IMG/VR virus record: IMGVR_UViG_3300021057_000274
Coordinates: 124,001 to 188,000 of that record
Reading direction: 5' to 3' (one strand)
Length of the DNA stretch: 64,000 bases
Part shown: positions 1-8,369 of the stretch, in pieces
How positions within the stretch are numbered: the first letter of the stretch is position 1
Layout of the letters: the number at the start of each line of letters is the position of its first letter
Made by a program: the position numbers and the translations under genes
Notes under the pieces: model-generated
Seen by the model: only the letters and a program-made list of their open reading frames with translations
Databases searched by the model: none
Told to the model about the DNA's origin: nothing

Positions 1-207
1 CTAGTTCGCAGCTCGCTCTCCGCTCACTGCTGCTTCGTCGGGACGGTCATCGACACCGATCGCCCGCACTTTCAAGATAACGCGAAGACGGTGCAGATGG
101 TCGTGAACGGCGAGCTGCTCTACGAGAGCATCTGCGAGGTTTTCGACGAGAGGGACGGCGAGAAGATCGTCCAAGCTCTCAACCTCCTCGAGAAGCTCAG
201 GTCGTGA
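1..207 (+). CDS. 3' end of a hypothetical protein (starts before the window)
   Basis: Open frame ending ...NLLEKLRS-TGA at 205-207, overlapping the next GTG start (GTGA coupling). Confidence 0.5.
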   Translation, partial: LVRSSLSAHCCFVGTVIDTDRPHFQDNAKTVQMVVNGELLYESICEVFDERDGEKIVQALNLLEKLRS

Positions 208-518
208 GCGACGTCCTGATCCTCGCCGGGATGTGCTTTCTCGCGATGGTAGCCTACGGCTACTACCGCAAGGTCAAGTATGGTCCGGTGATCTTAAAGG
301 TTAGAGTGCTCGACTACGTCGACGCCCTCGAGATCCCCTCTCGAGAGGCTCGCAAGCCTGGAAAGCCCCACTACGCCTCTAAGTCCGAGATAAAGCGTTG
401 GTGCGACTCGAGCGTCGTCATGATCAACGGGCGGCCTCGCGGGTGGCGAGAGCAGGTGAAATTTCCTGTCAACAGCCTGGTCTTCTTCCCGAAGGGGAAG
501 CGGATCACGATCTTCTAA
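204..518 (+). CDS. Small membrane-anchored protein with S4-like RNA-binding motif
   Basis: N-terminal hydrophobic segment; ASKSEIKRWCDSSVVMING...PKGKR resembles the S4 pattern. Confidence 0.45.
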   Translation: MSDVLILAGMCFLAMVAYGYYRKVKYGPVILKVRVLDYVDALEIPSREARKPGKPHYASKSEIKRWCDSSVVMINGRPRGWREQVKFPVNSLVFFPKGKRITIF

Positions 519-715
519 TGCGCCCCGAGCCCAAGTTTGGCTTCGATTGGCTTGTCGAGGACACGACAGGCAAGCGCTACGTTGTGGTTGATCGCAACTG
601 GAGCGAGCAAGACGAGACCTGGTGGTACAGGCTCGTCCCGCAATGGTCTCTGCCGCCGGGGAGGTTTCACCGGCTGTACGGGCTCCCCGAAGATTCACTA
701 AAGGAGGTAACATGA
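518..715 (+). CDS. Hypothetical protein (65 aa)
   Basis: TAATG coupling at 516-520; ATGA overlap with the next gene. Confidence 0.6.
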   Translation: MRPEPKFGFDWLVEDTTGKRYVVVDRNWSEQDETWWYRLVPQWSLPPGRFHRLYGLPEDSLKEVT

Positions 716-1263
716 TCGAGCAACGAAACGGCGACGTCCTCAACGTCCCCGAGGGCATCATCGTTCACGGATGCAATTGCCTCGGGGTGATGGGCGCCGG
801 CGTCGCTCTCCAGGTAAAGAGCCGCTTTCCTGAGGCCTTCAAAGCTTACCGCAAGCAATTCGAGTCCTCCTACGTGTTCGGCGTCGACCCGTTCATGAAG
901 AAGTACCACGAGTACAACGGTCTCAACCTCGGCGACATCATCGCGGTTCAAGTAGGCGAGAAAAAGTGGATCATCAACGCGATGACGCAGGAGAAGTTCG
1001 GCACGGACAAGCGGCACGTCAACTACGAAGCCGTAGCTACCTGCTTCGAGAAGGTCAGTGAGTTCGCGCGATCGGTGCTCGCTGAATTTTATGGACGCGG
1101 AGATGGAACGCTCGACCTCCAGAGAGCGATCGATCACCCTCTCCAGATCTGCTTTCCAGCGATCGGAGCAGGTCTCGCTGGAGGAAACTGGAAGATCATC
1201 GCAAACATCATCGACAACACCGTTCCAGACACCTTCAAGAAGGTCCTCTATGTCTACACGTGA
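712..1263 (+). CDS. Macro domain (Appr-1-p / ADP-ribose glycohydrolase family) protein
   Basis: SD AAGGAGG before ATG 712; motifs GDV...IVHGCNCLGVMGAGVA, INAMTQ, FPAIGAGLAGG. Confidence 0.9.
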   Translation: MIEQRNGDVLNVPEGIIVHGCNCLGVMGAGVALQVKSRFPEAFKAYRKQFESSYVFGVDPFMKKYHEYNGLNLGDIIAVQVGEKKWIINAMTQEKFGTDKRHVNYEAVATCFEKVSEFARSVLAEFYGRGDGTLDLQRAIDHPLQICFPAIGAGLAGGNWKIIANIIDNTVPDTFKKVLYVYT

Positions 1264-1343
1264 ACGTTGCGCTGGTTGTCCGTACTTCGTCGTGCACTAC
1301 CCGGAGTACCGCGGGCACGGTGATCGCCCAGCAAAGCTGAAGC

Positions 1344-1370
1344 AGCCGCCTCGATAGAAGGCGGCTATTT
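1344..1370 (+). terminator. Probable intrinsic terminator
   Basis: Stem AGCCGCC / GGCGGCT followed by ATTT, at the end of a gene run. Confidence 0.55.
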
Positions 1371-1409
1371 AGGCGGGCGACTCTGGAAAACACCGCCTCT
1401 TGAGCGTGA

Positions 1410-1415
1410 TAAATA
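1410..1415 (+). promoter_or_regulatory. T4-type late promoter core TAAATA
   Basis: GATAAATA in an intergenic gap; motif recurs before late-type genes. Confidence 0.6.
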
Positions 1416-1462
1416 CCTGCAACGTCGGTGAGACGTTGCCAATCACCTCAGAGGAATACCAG

Positions 1463-1678
1463 ATGACGCCAGAAGAAGTCAGAGCCAAGCTTCGCGACAC
1501 GATCAACGCGCTCATTAAAGATGAGCCGGAGCAAGCCACCAAGTCCCTCCACGACGTGCTCGCCGCAAAGATGCGCGATCGCGTTAACCCACCCGAGCCG
1601 GTTGATCCCGCGGCTACCCCCGAGCCGGTTGATACAGACACGACTCCAGAGCCCAAGCCAGAGGCTGAGGTCGAGTAA
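1463..1678 (+). CDS. Small acidic protein, possibly prohead core (gp67-like)
   Basis: SD GAGGA; late promoter upstream; helical N-terminus LHDVLAAKMRDRV and P/E-rich tail. Confidence 0.4.
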   Translation: MTPEEVRAKLRDTINALIKDEPEQATKSLHDVLAAKMRDRVNPPEPVDPAATPEPVDTDTTPEPKPEAEVE

Positions 1679-2184
1679 TGCTGGTAGTGCCCGTTCCCGG
1701 AGACAAGGTGAGGACGGTTGACGACAGCTCACCGCGCGTCGTCAGCTCCTTCACCAGTCTCAAGGATCAGCCTGCGGTTTACCTTGACCAGGAGACCTCC
1801 AAGGAGCGGTTCATCTACTTCTCTGACATCGTCGAGATCAACGGGGTCACCGTCGAGTACCAGTCTGACAGCAAGGTGTTCAGCGCGCTCGGGCCCCTCA
1901 AGCGCAAGTACAACATCCCGCAGCCGAAGGATGTCATCGTTGTACGGCTGCTCGAGAAGCCACACAACGACGAGAAGGAAGAAGTTGAGGTCACCAAGAT
2001 TCGCCTCCACAGCAAGAAGGAGGGCATCTCTCGCGGGTTGCTCGCTTGCGGGAAGGAGTCTTGCTTCACTCTAGCGGAGGTCCTTGACCTCCGCCGCAGC
2101 TCATGGTCCGAAAAGTTTGACGCTAGCCAGTTCCATCGCTACTACCGAGACTACCTACCGTTCGGCCTGAAGACCAAGGGTTAA
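1678..2184 (+). CDS. Hypothetical protein (168 aa)
   Basis: TAATG coupling; phage-like codon usage. Confidence 0.7.
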   Translation: MLVVPVPGDKVRTVDDSSPRVVSSFTSLKDQPAVYLDQETSKERFIYFSDIVEINGVTVEYQSDSKVFSALGPLKRKYNIPQPKDVIVVRLLEKPHNDEKEEVEVTKIRLHSKKEGISRGLLACGKESCFTLAEVLDLRRSSWSEKFDASQFHRYYRDYLPFGLKTKG

Positions 2185-2196
2185 CCCTCCTCGGGA

Positions 2197-2202
2197 TAAA
2201 TA
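2197..2202 (+). promoter_or_regulatory. Late promoter core TAAATA
   Basis: GATAAATA in the intergenic gap. Confidence 0.6.
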
Positions 2203-2215
2203 GCTCGTCAATCCC

Positions 2216-2833
2216 ATGAGGAGTAGCATGCCAGGCAATCTCAGGTTTTTCCTCCTCCGCGAAGCGCTCCGCCAGGATCATGCCAAGCACTTCATTCGCT
2301 ACTCAGAGCAATACCACAGCGAGGTCTTCGCTGACCTCAAGAAGACGATGTATGAGGATTGGAGCCGTCAGCTTAGCGCGATCGCCAAGCGTTACCCGCC
2401 GCGCGAGGAGCTGATCAAGTCGTCCAAGCTGCGGGATGACAGCTCACCGATCTCGTACGAGGTGACCGACGTGATCGAAAAGATCGCGACGACGCGCCAT
2501 CCGCAACCCATTTCGGTCTCTCCCTCGTTCAAGATCCCATTTGTGGTCGATCAGGACGAGCGCAGCGCGATCATCAAGGAGCTGATGGAGATCGCAGCTA
2601 CCAACTTCGAGGCGATGGCCAAGGGGTGGCGGGAGATCTTTCACTACGAGCACAAGGGGAGATTGACACCTAACTTCAGGGTGCTCTCGGAAAACCATGA
2701 AGTACGCTTTCAGCTAGCCATCGAGGAGGGTGGCCACAACTCTTATCGAACCCTCTACGCCGTGCGCGTCGAGTACGGAAAGAAGGGTGGAAAGAAGGCC
2801 TTCGACAGAGTTTACCTCGTCTCTCTGATCTGA
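2216..2833 (+). CDS. Hypothetical protein, possible internal head protein
   Basis: Follows a late promoter; start may be ATG 2228 (SD GAGGAG); FLLREA motif near the N-terminus. Confidence 0.6.
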   Translation: MRSSMPGNLRFFLLREALRQDHAKHFIRYSEQYHSEVFADLKKTMYEDWSRQLSAIAKRYPPREELIKSSKLRDDSSPISYEVTDVIEKIATTRHPQPISVSPSFKIPFVVDQDERSAIIKELMEIAATNFEAMAKGWREIFHYEHKGRLTPNFRVLSENHEVRFQLAIEEGGHNSYRTLYAVRVEYGKKGGKKAFDRVYLVSLI

Positions 2834-3309
2834 TGACTACCATCGTCGCCGACCAGAAGAGGAAGATCTTAGCGGCGGACTCACTGGTTACCACCTACGG
2901 AGAGGTACCCCACTACTCGACCATGAAGCTCTACCGGGCGAACGGGTCGATCTTCGGCGAGAGCGGCGACGTTGCGGCTGGGCTCCTCTTCAGGAGGTGG
3001 CAGGTCGAGGGTGGGTTGAAGCGCGAGCGCCCGAAGTTTGACTGCTCGGACGACTTCTGCATCCTCGAGATGTCGACCAAGGGCCTCTTCATCTGGGATT
3101 GGACGCTGTCGCGCGAGACCGTCGAGGACGAGATCTTCGCCGTCGGATCTGGGTCTAAGATCGCGATGTACTGCGCGAAGGTTCTCAACTACTCCGCCGA
3201 GCGGTGCATCGCTGAAGTCGCCAAGGTCGAGCTTCACACCGCTCCGCCCATCAAGTTGATAGAGCTAGAAGGTAGCGACGCTCCTCGCATCGTCGTGCCG
3301 ACGTGGTAG
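2833..3309 (+). CDS. Ntn-hydrolase, HslV/proteasome beta-subunit-like peptidase
   Basis: N-terminal M-TTIV, AADS, downstream K, GxSG and AVGSG motifs. Confidence 0.75.
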   Translation: MTTIVADQKRKILAADSLVTTYGEVPHYSTMKLYRANGSIFGESGDVAAGLLFRRWQVEGGLKRERPKFDCSDDFCILEMSTKGLFIWDWTLSRETVEDEIFAVGSGSKIAMYCAKVLNYSAERCIAEVAKVELHTAPPIKLIELEGSDAPRIVVPTW

Positions 3310-3620
3310 AAATCATCCTGGTTTGTCTCGCGATCGGCTTGTTCTGGCTCGTCAAGGAAGTTGAGTTTCGCAAGATCTACACGAAGGTAGATCCAGCGAT
3401 CGTTCCGACGGAGGTGATCTTTGAGCGGTCTGACGAGGTCATCGGATCATACCGGGGGTTGAAGATCCATGAGCTTGTCTGGCTCTCAGATGACCGCCCG
3501 TTTGTGTTCGAGTCGGTTGCGATCGAGGCTGATGAGGGATTTTTCGTCGAGCACCCTGAGCTGCAGTACATCCTCGTGGATGGTTGCCTGCTCTATCGAG
3601 AGCTGGAGCCTACCGAGTAA
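3303..3620 (+). CDS. Hypothetical membrane-anchored protein
   Basis: N-terminal transmembrane segment; overlaps the upstream stop. Confidence 0.6.
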   Translation: MVEIILVCLAIGLFWLVKEVEFRKIYTKVDPAIVPTEVIFERSDEVIGSYRGLKIHELVWLSDDRPFVFESVAIEADEGFFVEHPELQYILVDGCLLYRELEPTE

Positions 3621-3639
3621 CTCTCACCTAGCAGGACAC

Positions 3640-4311
3640 ATGGCCAAGAGGCAACGTTACCAAAAGCAAGAAAACGGCATCAACCTCCGCTCCTTCCACC
3701 CCAAGAACGCGGACCAGGACTTCTACCTCAAGATGCTTCGTGAGGAGACGATCACCTTCTGCACCGGTCCTGCTGGTACGGGTAAGACGTTCATCACCGT
3801 CTACGCCGCCCTCGAAGCCCTCTTCACTCACCAGGTAAGCAAGATCATCTTGACGCGGCCGATCGTCGCGACCGAGGACATCGGTTACCTTCCCGGGGAC
3901 ATGCACGAGAAGATCCATCCCTACATCATGCCTCTCTTTGACGCGGTCGAGATGCACGTCGGTCCGACGAAGGCAAAGGATCTCTACGCCTACGGGGCGA
4001 TCGAGGTGATTCCGCTCGCGTACATGCGCGGGCGCTCTCTACCGCACGCGTTCTTGATCCTCGATGAGGCGCAGAACACCACCCGGGAGCAGATGAAGAT
4101 GTTTCTGACTCGCATGGGTGAGGGATCGCGAGTCGCGGTGAACGGTGACTCGTCACAGTCAGATCTTCCCAAGGGATCTGACAATGGCTTGTGCTGGGCC
4201 GTCGATCGTCTTCGCGGAGCTGAGTCAGGAATTAGCATCAATAATTTTACTTCGCGAAATATCGTGAGACACCCGTTGATCGAGAAGATTATCGGGCTTC
4301 TAGGTGACTAA
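3640..4311 (+). CDS. phoH: PhoH-like ATPase
   Basis: SD AGGA; GPAGTGKT, IGYLPG, YMRGR, ILDEAQN, GDSSQSDL, IVRHPL motifs. Confidence 0.95.
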   Translation: MAKRQRYQKQENGINLRSFHPKNADQDFYLKMLREETITFCTGPAGTGKTFITVYAALEALFTHQVSKIILTRPIVATEDIGYLPGDMHEKIHPYIMPLFDAVEMHVGPTKAKDLYAYGAIEVIPLAYMRGRSLPHAFLILDEAQNTTREQMKMFLTRMGEGSRVAVNGDSSQSDLPKGSDNGLCWAVDRLRGAESGISINNFTSRNIVRHPLIEKIIGLLGD

Positions 4312-4379
4312 AGCTTTTAGAGCTCTCTCACTCTCCAGCTTTGACCGTTGTTTTTGAGTTTAAGAAGGAGCTCTAGAAG

Positions 4380-4408
4380 TTTACTTTGATTCTCTTATTT
4401 GTTAAGAT
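4380..4408 (+). promoter_or_regulatory. Sigma70-like early promoter
   Basis: TTTACT - 17 nt - TAAGAT with TG extension, in an AT-rich gap. Confidence 0.55.
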
Positions 4409-4487
4409 CCTCTCGTGTAAGACGACGTTAGATCGTCTACACCGGTCGTCGAAGTTTTGTTCAACCAGCACCGGGATCTAAAAAGCA

Positions 4488-4799
4488 ATGGAAATCAAGG
4501 CAACGTCACGAAACGGCACGTCCTTCAACCAGGAAAACATCAAGGAGCTCAGCGAAAAGTTCAGTCGCTTGATCAAGCAATTAGGCTCGAACAACAAGAA
4601 AGACTGGAAGAAGGGCACAGAATCCACGCGGTATCGGTTCGAGGTCGAGTTCGCCTACGCGATCAACGAGATCGCGATCTGCCCTGAGTACCTGCAAGGC
4701 AAGATGTTTGACGCCGCGTCTGGCGTCGTCAACAACCTGATCAACCACCTGAAGTCCCTCAAGGAGAAAGCGCCGGCGGCAGAAGCCGTTGCGGCCTAA
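4488..4799 (+). CDS. Hypothetical protein (103 aa)
   Basis: First ORF after the predicted early promoter. Confidence 0.65.
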   Translation: MEIKATSRNGTSFNQENIKELSEKFSRLIKQLGSNNKKDWKKGTESTRYRFEVEFAYAINEIAICPEYLQGKMFDAASGVVNNLINHLKSLKEKAPAAEAVAA

Positions 4800-4805
4800 C
4801 ATCGC

Positions 4806-5048
4806 ATGAAAACCGCTACTCGCAACCACGGAAAGGCCTGGACCTCTGACGAGGTCAAGGTGCTGACCAAGAAGTTCAAGCAGGGTACCGCCCCGAGCAC
4901 GATCGCCGTCTCGCTAGGCCGTACGACCGTCGCGATCGTCGCGAAGCTGAAGGCGCTCGGTTACGTCATCTACAACAAGGGAATTCTCTACAAGCCCTAC
5001 TTCAACATGTTCTCGGGACGGGCGGTCGGCCGCGAGCGCGGCTACTGA
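4806..5048 (+). CDS. Small HTH protein (GcrA N-terminal / Myb-like)
   Basis: WTSDEVKVL...IAVSLGRTTVAI pattern; paralog at 10974. Confidence 0.55.
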   Translation: MKTATRNHGKAWTSDEVKVLTKKFKQGTAPSTIAVSLGRTTVAIVAKLKALGYVIYNKGILYKPYFNMFSGRAVGRERGY

Positions 5049-5049
5049 G

Positions 5050-5652
5050 ATGTCGTACCTCGTCCACCCACCTAAGTTCGGTCTCGCGATCGACTGGGAG
5101 ACGTCTGGCTATACTCCGCCTCCTGGCGGGTACGCTGACCAACACCAGGGCTTGTCGTTCGCGGCCGTCATCTTTGACTTCCAAACCTTCGAACCTGTCG
5201 AGGAGCTGTACCGGGAGTTGAAGTTTGACGCGTCGAAGTATAAGTGGGAGGCCGGGGCGGCCAAGGTCCACGGGCTCACGCAAGAGCACCTCGCTCAGAA
5301 GGGCGTCGAACCCGTGGACGCTGCCGTTGATCTAGGCAGCTTAGTTTACAAATACATGCTGCAAGAGCCAACCATTCTCCTCGGGCACCGAGTTCACTTT
5401 GACGTCGCGTTCACCAAGCAGCTGATGGACACGATCGGCGTCGAGCTCAACCTCTACCCGACGCCAGTCGACTCATCGATCTTCGGGATGGTGCTGATGG
5501 AGACGCCGCGGTCGATCGTCATCTTCGAGACGATGGGCCTTCCGCCGCGGGGCACCCACAACGCGCTCGAGGACATCAAGCAAAACCTCGTCGCGTTCAA
5601 GCGAATGAAGGAGCTCTTCCTCAAGGGCGTCGCTGCGGAGCTCGCCGAATGA
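5050..5652 (+). CDS. DEDDh 3'-5' exonuclease (DnaQ-like)
   Basis: DWETSG (ExoI), GHRVHFD (ExoII), HNALED (ExoIII). Confidence 0.9.
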   Translation: MSYLVHPPKFGLAIDWETSGYTPPPGGYADQHQGLSFAAVIFDFQTFEPVEELYRELKFDASKYKWEAGAAKVHGLTQEHLAQKGVEPVDAAVDLGSLVYKYMLQEPTILLGHRVHFDVAFTKQLMDTIGVELNLYPTPVDSSIFGMVLMETPRSIVIFETMGLPPRGTHNALEDIKQNLVAFKRMKELFLKGVAAELAE

Positions 5653-5867
5653 CCGTTCTCGCCACCATCTTCGGCGTTAGCTTGTTCCTTCTGCTGCTCG
5701 CGGTCGGAGGAACGCTCCTCTACAGGCCCTCACCATCCTCACCGTACGAGGGTGGCCTGATCGAGATCCTCGCGTCTGTCTTCGGGTTCTTCTTTCTGAT
5801 GGTCATCGGCCTCTGGGGTGCGGTGATCAGCGGAGTAGGCATGCTCTCTTGGTGGCTGTTCTCATGA
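5649..5867 (+). CDS. Small membrane protein
   Basis: Two hydrophobic segments; ATGA coupling. Confidence 0.65.
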   Translation: MTVLATIFGVSLFLLLLAVGGTLLYRPSPSSPYEGGLIEILASVFGFFFLMVIGLWGAVISGVGMLSWWLFS

Positions 5868-6028
5868 TCTACTGGCGCGGCGTTCTCGAGCTCTTCAAGT
5901 TTCTCATCCGCGGGTGCTGGGAGGAGATTATCAAGCCCAAGATCATCCTCTGGACCGTCATCGCCTTCGTCACGGCTAGCGTTCTGGCGCTCAGCGTCGG
6001 CTTCGCTCTAGGGGCTCTGTTCTTCTGA
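5864..6028 (+). CDS. Small membrane protein (54 aa)
   Basis: Read by hand (not in the ORF track); ATGA/TGATG coupling. Confidence 0.55.
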   Translation: MIYWRGVLELFKFLIRGCWEEIIKPKIILWTVIAFVTASVLALSVGFALGALFF

Positions 6029-6132
6029 TGGAGTCCTCTGGAGTCATCGAGATCGCGATCAAGGTAATCCTCGCCCTCGCCGCGACTGGATTGTTAGCGA
6101 TCATCTACGTCATCGGAAAGCTCATCCTTTGA
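6028..6132 (+). CDS. Small membrane peptide (34 aa)
   Basis: Read by hand; coupled at both ends; hydrophobic. Confidence 0.45.
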   Translation: MESSGVIEIAIKVILALAATGLLAIIYVIGKLIL

Positions 6133-6365
6133 AGATCATTCCTGCAGGCACGATCAAGCGAATCCACGTCGATCGACGGATCATGGCTCAAAACCGCAAG
6201 CATGGCACAGACCTACCGGCCTACACGATCCAGACCTCAAGGGGTCCGATCAAGGCTCACCTGGTTGAGGTGGTCGGTCAGCTAGTCTTCGACCAGTCAA
6301 AGAAGCAGCTCTCGTGCGGCGCGCGCATGTACGGCGAGACGACGAGCGAGGTTCGCTATCGCTGA
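6129..6365 (+). CDS. Hypothetical phage protein (78 aa)
   Basis: TTGA coupling; IHVD...LSCGAR. Confidence 0.6.
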   Translation: MKIIPAGTIKRIHVDRRIMAQNRKHGTDLPAYTIQTSRGPIKAHLVEVVGQLVFDQSKKQLSCGARMYGETTSEVRYR

Positions 6366-6486
6366 CAAGCTCTACGACCTCTTCGTTGAGCACGGCCTGA
6401 TCAGGCCTCCAGAGGAAGACCGACGTGATTCGAATCATAGCAGCAGCTTTATAGCTAAACACGACGATTTAGATTCTCTCTGGGGC

Positions 6487-6774
6487 GTGCTACGGTCGAT
6501 CGACCTAGGAAGTCGCACCACCTACGACATCTCATGGGGAACAACTAGACTCTCATGCGCAGGTAAGCTCGAGTCGACAAAGCTCAACGTCACCTTTCCT
6601 CTAAGCAGTCTAGAGCTTCTCGAGAAGTACTCCACGTGCAATGGATCCTTTATCGTGACCATATCGTGTTCAACGATCAAGCTGATGTTGGGAGGTTGTC
6701 AGATTCTCAAGTATGAAATTGATCACGACATGATTGACGCCGAGATCGAAGCGATCACCGCTCACAAGATCTGA
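6487..6774 (+). CDS. Hypothetical protein (95 aa)
   Basis: Fits the gene run; GTG start is uncertain. Confidence 0.5.
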   Translation: MLRSIDLGSRTTYDISWGTTRLSCAGKLESTKLNVTFPLSSLELLEKYSTCNGSFIVTISCSTIKLMLGGCQILKYEIDHDMIDAEIEAITAHKI

Positions 6775-6775
6775 T

Positions 6776-6901
6776 ATGCCATTTTCTCCCAAGGATCGCT
6801 TCTTCTGGAGGATGATCATCCTCTCGCTCATTACTTTCTCCGTCGGTGCTACCTGTGTTATTATGCTCATCGTATGGATCTTAAAGCTCTTCTTCTCGTA
6901 G
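6776..6901 (+). CDS. Small membrane peptide (41 aa)
   Basis: Read by hand; single hydrophobic helix. Confidence 0.4.
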   Translation: MPFSPKDRFFWRMIILSLITFSVGATCVIMLIVWILKLFFS

Positions 6902-7473
6902 GACTTCTCGCACTCACTCCCGCGGCTCTCGCGAGATCAACCGCCGCGGCCGCCGTCGGGGCGGGAGCCGCGATCGCGCTGTCAGATTCTCGCGGCTCCA
7001 CGAAGTTCGACAACGCGACCTGCTCGGTCACCTTCTCGCCGAAGCGGGGCGCGACGAAGGTCGTGATCGACACGATCAGTCAGGCCAAGAGGTCGATCCA
7101 CGTGCTGGCCTATAACTACACCTCGCTCCCGATCGGCGAGGCGATCCGCGCCAAGCTCAAGGACGGCGTCAAGGTTCGCATCATCGTTGACAAGGTCTCA
7201 CCCTACCAGAAGAACGCGCAGATCTGGAGGGACAAGGCCGCTGGCGCAGAGACGTACGTGGACAAGTCTCACCGAATCATGCACAACAAGGTGATCATCA
7301 TCGACGAGTTCACCTTCATCACGGGGAGCTTCAACTTCACCGCGAACGCCGAAACGGTCAACGCCGAGAACGTGATGATCTGTAACTCGACGGTCGGCGC
7401 CCAAGCGTACCTCAAGGAGTGGGCGCACCTCAAGACGAAGGCGCAACCCTTGCCAGATCGCGCCGCTAAGTGA
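6874..7473 (+). CDS. Phospholipase D-family (Nuc-like) endonuclease with signal peptide
   Basis: Single HKD motif MHNKVIIID..GSFNFT; FSP and YNYTS motifs; signal-like N-terminus. Confidence 0.88.
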   Translation: MDLKALLLVGLLALTPAALARSTAAAAVGAGAAIALSDSRGSTKFDNATCSVTFSPKRGATKVVIDTISQAKRSIHVLAYNYTSLPIGEAIRAKLKDGVKVRIIVDKVSPYQKNAQIWRDKAAGAETYVDKSHRIMHNKVIIIDEFTFITGSFNFTANAETVNAENVMICNSTVGAQAYLKEWAHLKTKAQPLPDRAAK

Positions 7474-7694
7474 GGGTTGAGATTCCCGGCGTCGATGAGC
7501 TAGACAAGGAGCTCAACTTGAGCTGGATGCTTCGTTGCTTTGCGCTAGTGGTGGCCAACAACTGGGGCGCCGGCGGGTCACGTCGTCTCGAGGCCGCGAG
7601 AATCATCCGTGAGATGATTCAAGGACAATCCGGAGAGGCGAGAGCGAGACTCTTGAAAGATCTCGAGGGCAGCTTGAGGGAGCTCGAGAGATGA
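7470..7694 (+). CDS. Hypothetical protein
   Basis: GTGA coupling. Confidence 0.6.
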   Translation: MRVEIPGVDELDKELNLSWMLRCFALVVANNWGAGGSRRLEAARIIREMIQGQSGEARARLLKDLEGSLRELER

Positions 7695-7939
7695 CCGAGG
7701 TACGAGCTCGACGAATTTGGATCGAAGCGGAGATCGCTCGGTTAAACAGCGAGCTGAAAGAGCTCCAGGTAGCTTGCACGCATCCACCTAAGCGGATGTA
7801 CACCAAGGCGATCCATGAGCGAGACTCAAGCGCCCCGTCGAGCCTGGTCTGCGGCGACTGCCTCGTCAGCGTGCGACTCGTTTACGACGACGAGCTCTGC
7901 AGGGATTGCTTCAATCCTCCGGAAGCCTGCAGTTGCTAA
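7691..7939 (+). CDS. Hypothetical Cys-rich (Zn-binding?) protein
   Basis: CTH, CGDC and CRDC motifs; ATGA coupling. Confidence 0.6.
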   Translation: MTEVRARRIWIEAEIARLNSELKELQVACTHPPKRMYTKAIHERDSSAPSSLVCGDCLVSVRLVYDDELCRDCFNPPEACSC

Positions 7940-8130
7940 CCGATCTACTCTTCATCCTTATCGTGGTTTTAGCATGCAGTGCTCCAGCGATGATCATCGT
8001 CGTCATCTTAGACCATCTCGAGCGTCGCAAGAGGGCTCGTGAAGAGCGAGAGAGAAATTGGTTCTGGGAGGTCGACGGCGGCCCAGCCATGCTTTGGGAT
8101 GAGTTTCGTAGCCGAGGTCTTCACAAGTGA
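7933..8130 (+). CDS. Small membrane protein
   Basis: Transmembrane segment followed by a basic stretch; start uncertain. Confidence 0.5.
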   Translation: MLTDLLFILIVVLACSAPAMIIVVILDHLERRKRAREERERNWFWEVDGGPAMLWDEFRSRGLHK

Positions 8131-8369
8131 ACTACGTCGTCACGGGGTACCAGATCACCGCTTTCACGTTCTCCGTCGCGGCCTTCGTCGCGGTGGTCAC
8201 GATCGCCGCTAACTTCGCGATCGACTTTCTCCACCTCCCTGAGGTCCACGTCAACGCCAAGAACGAGTGCGTCAAGGTGGTGAACTACAAGAACGGAGAC
8301 GGCTACACGTGCCAAGACAAGGACGTTGTGCTCCGTCGTTATCGTGTCGTGAGAAGCAGCCATGCGTGA
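8127..8369 (+). CDS. Small membrane-anchored protein
   Basis: GTGA coupling; transmembrane segment plus a Cys pair. Confidence 0.6.
   Translation: MNYVVTGYQITAFTFSVAAFVAVVTIAANFAIDFLHLPEVHVNAKNECVKVVNYKNGDGYTCQDKDVVLRRYRVVRSSHA

Noticed and set aside
1366-1371. Antisense TAAATA in the terminator tail
   Set aside because: No plausible - strand gene follows, and it can be explained as part of the terminator's T-tract.
4311-4487. tRNA or structured ncRNA in intergenic gaps (also 18803-18910, 6365-6487)
   Set aside because: No cloverleaf or T-loop consensus was seen. The AT-richness is explained by promoter elements.
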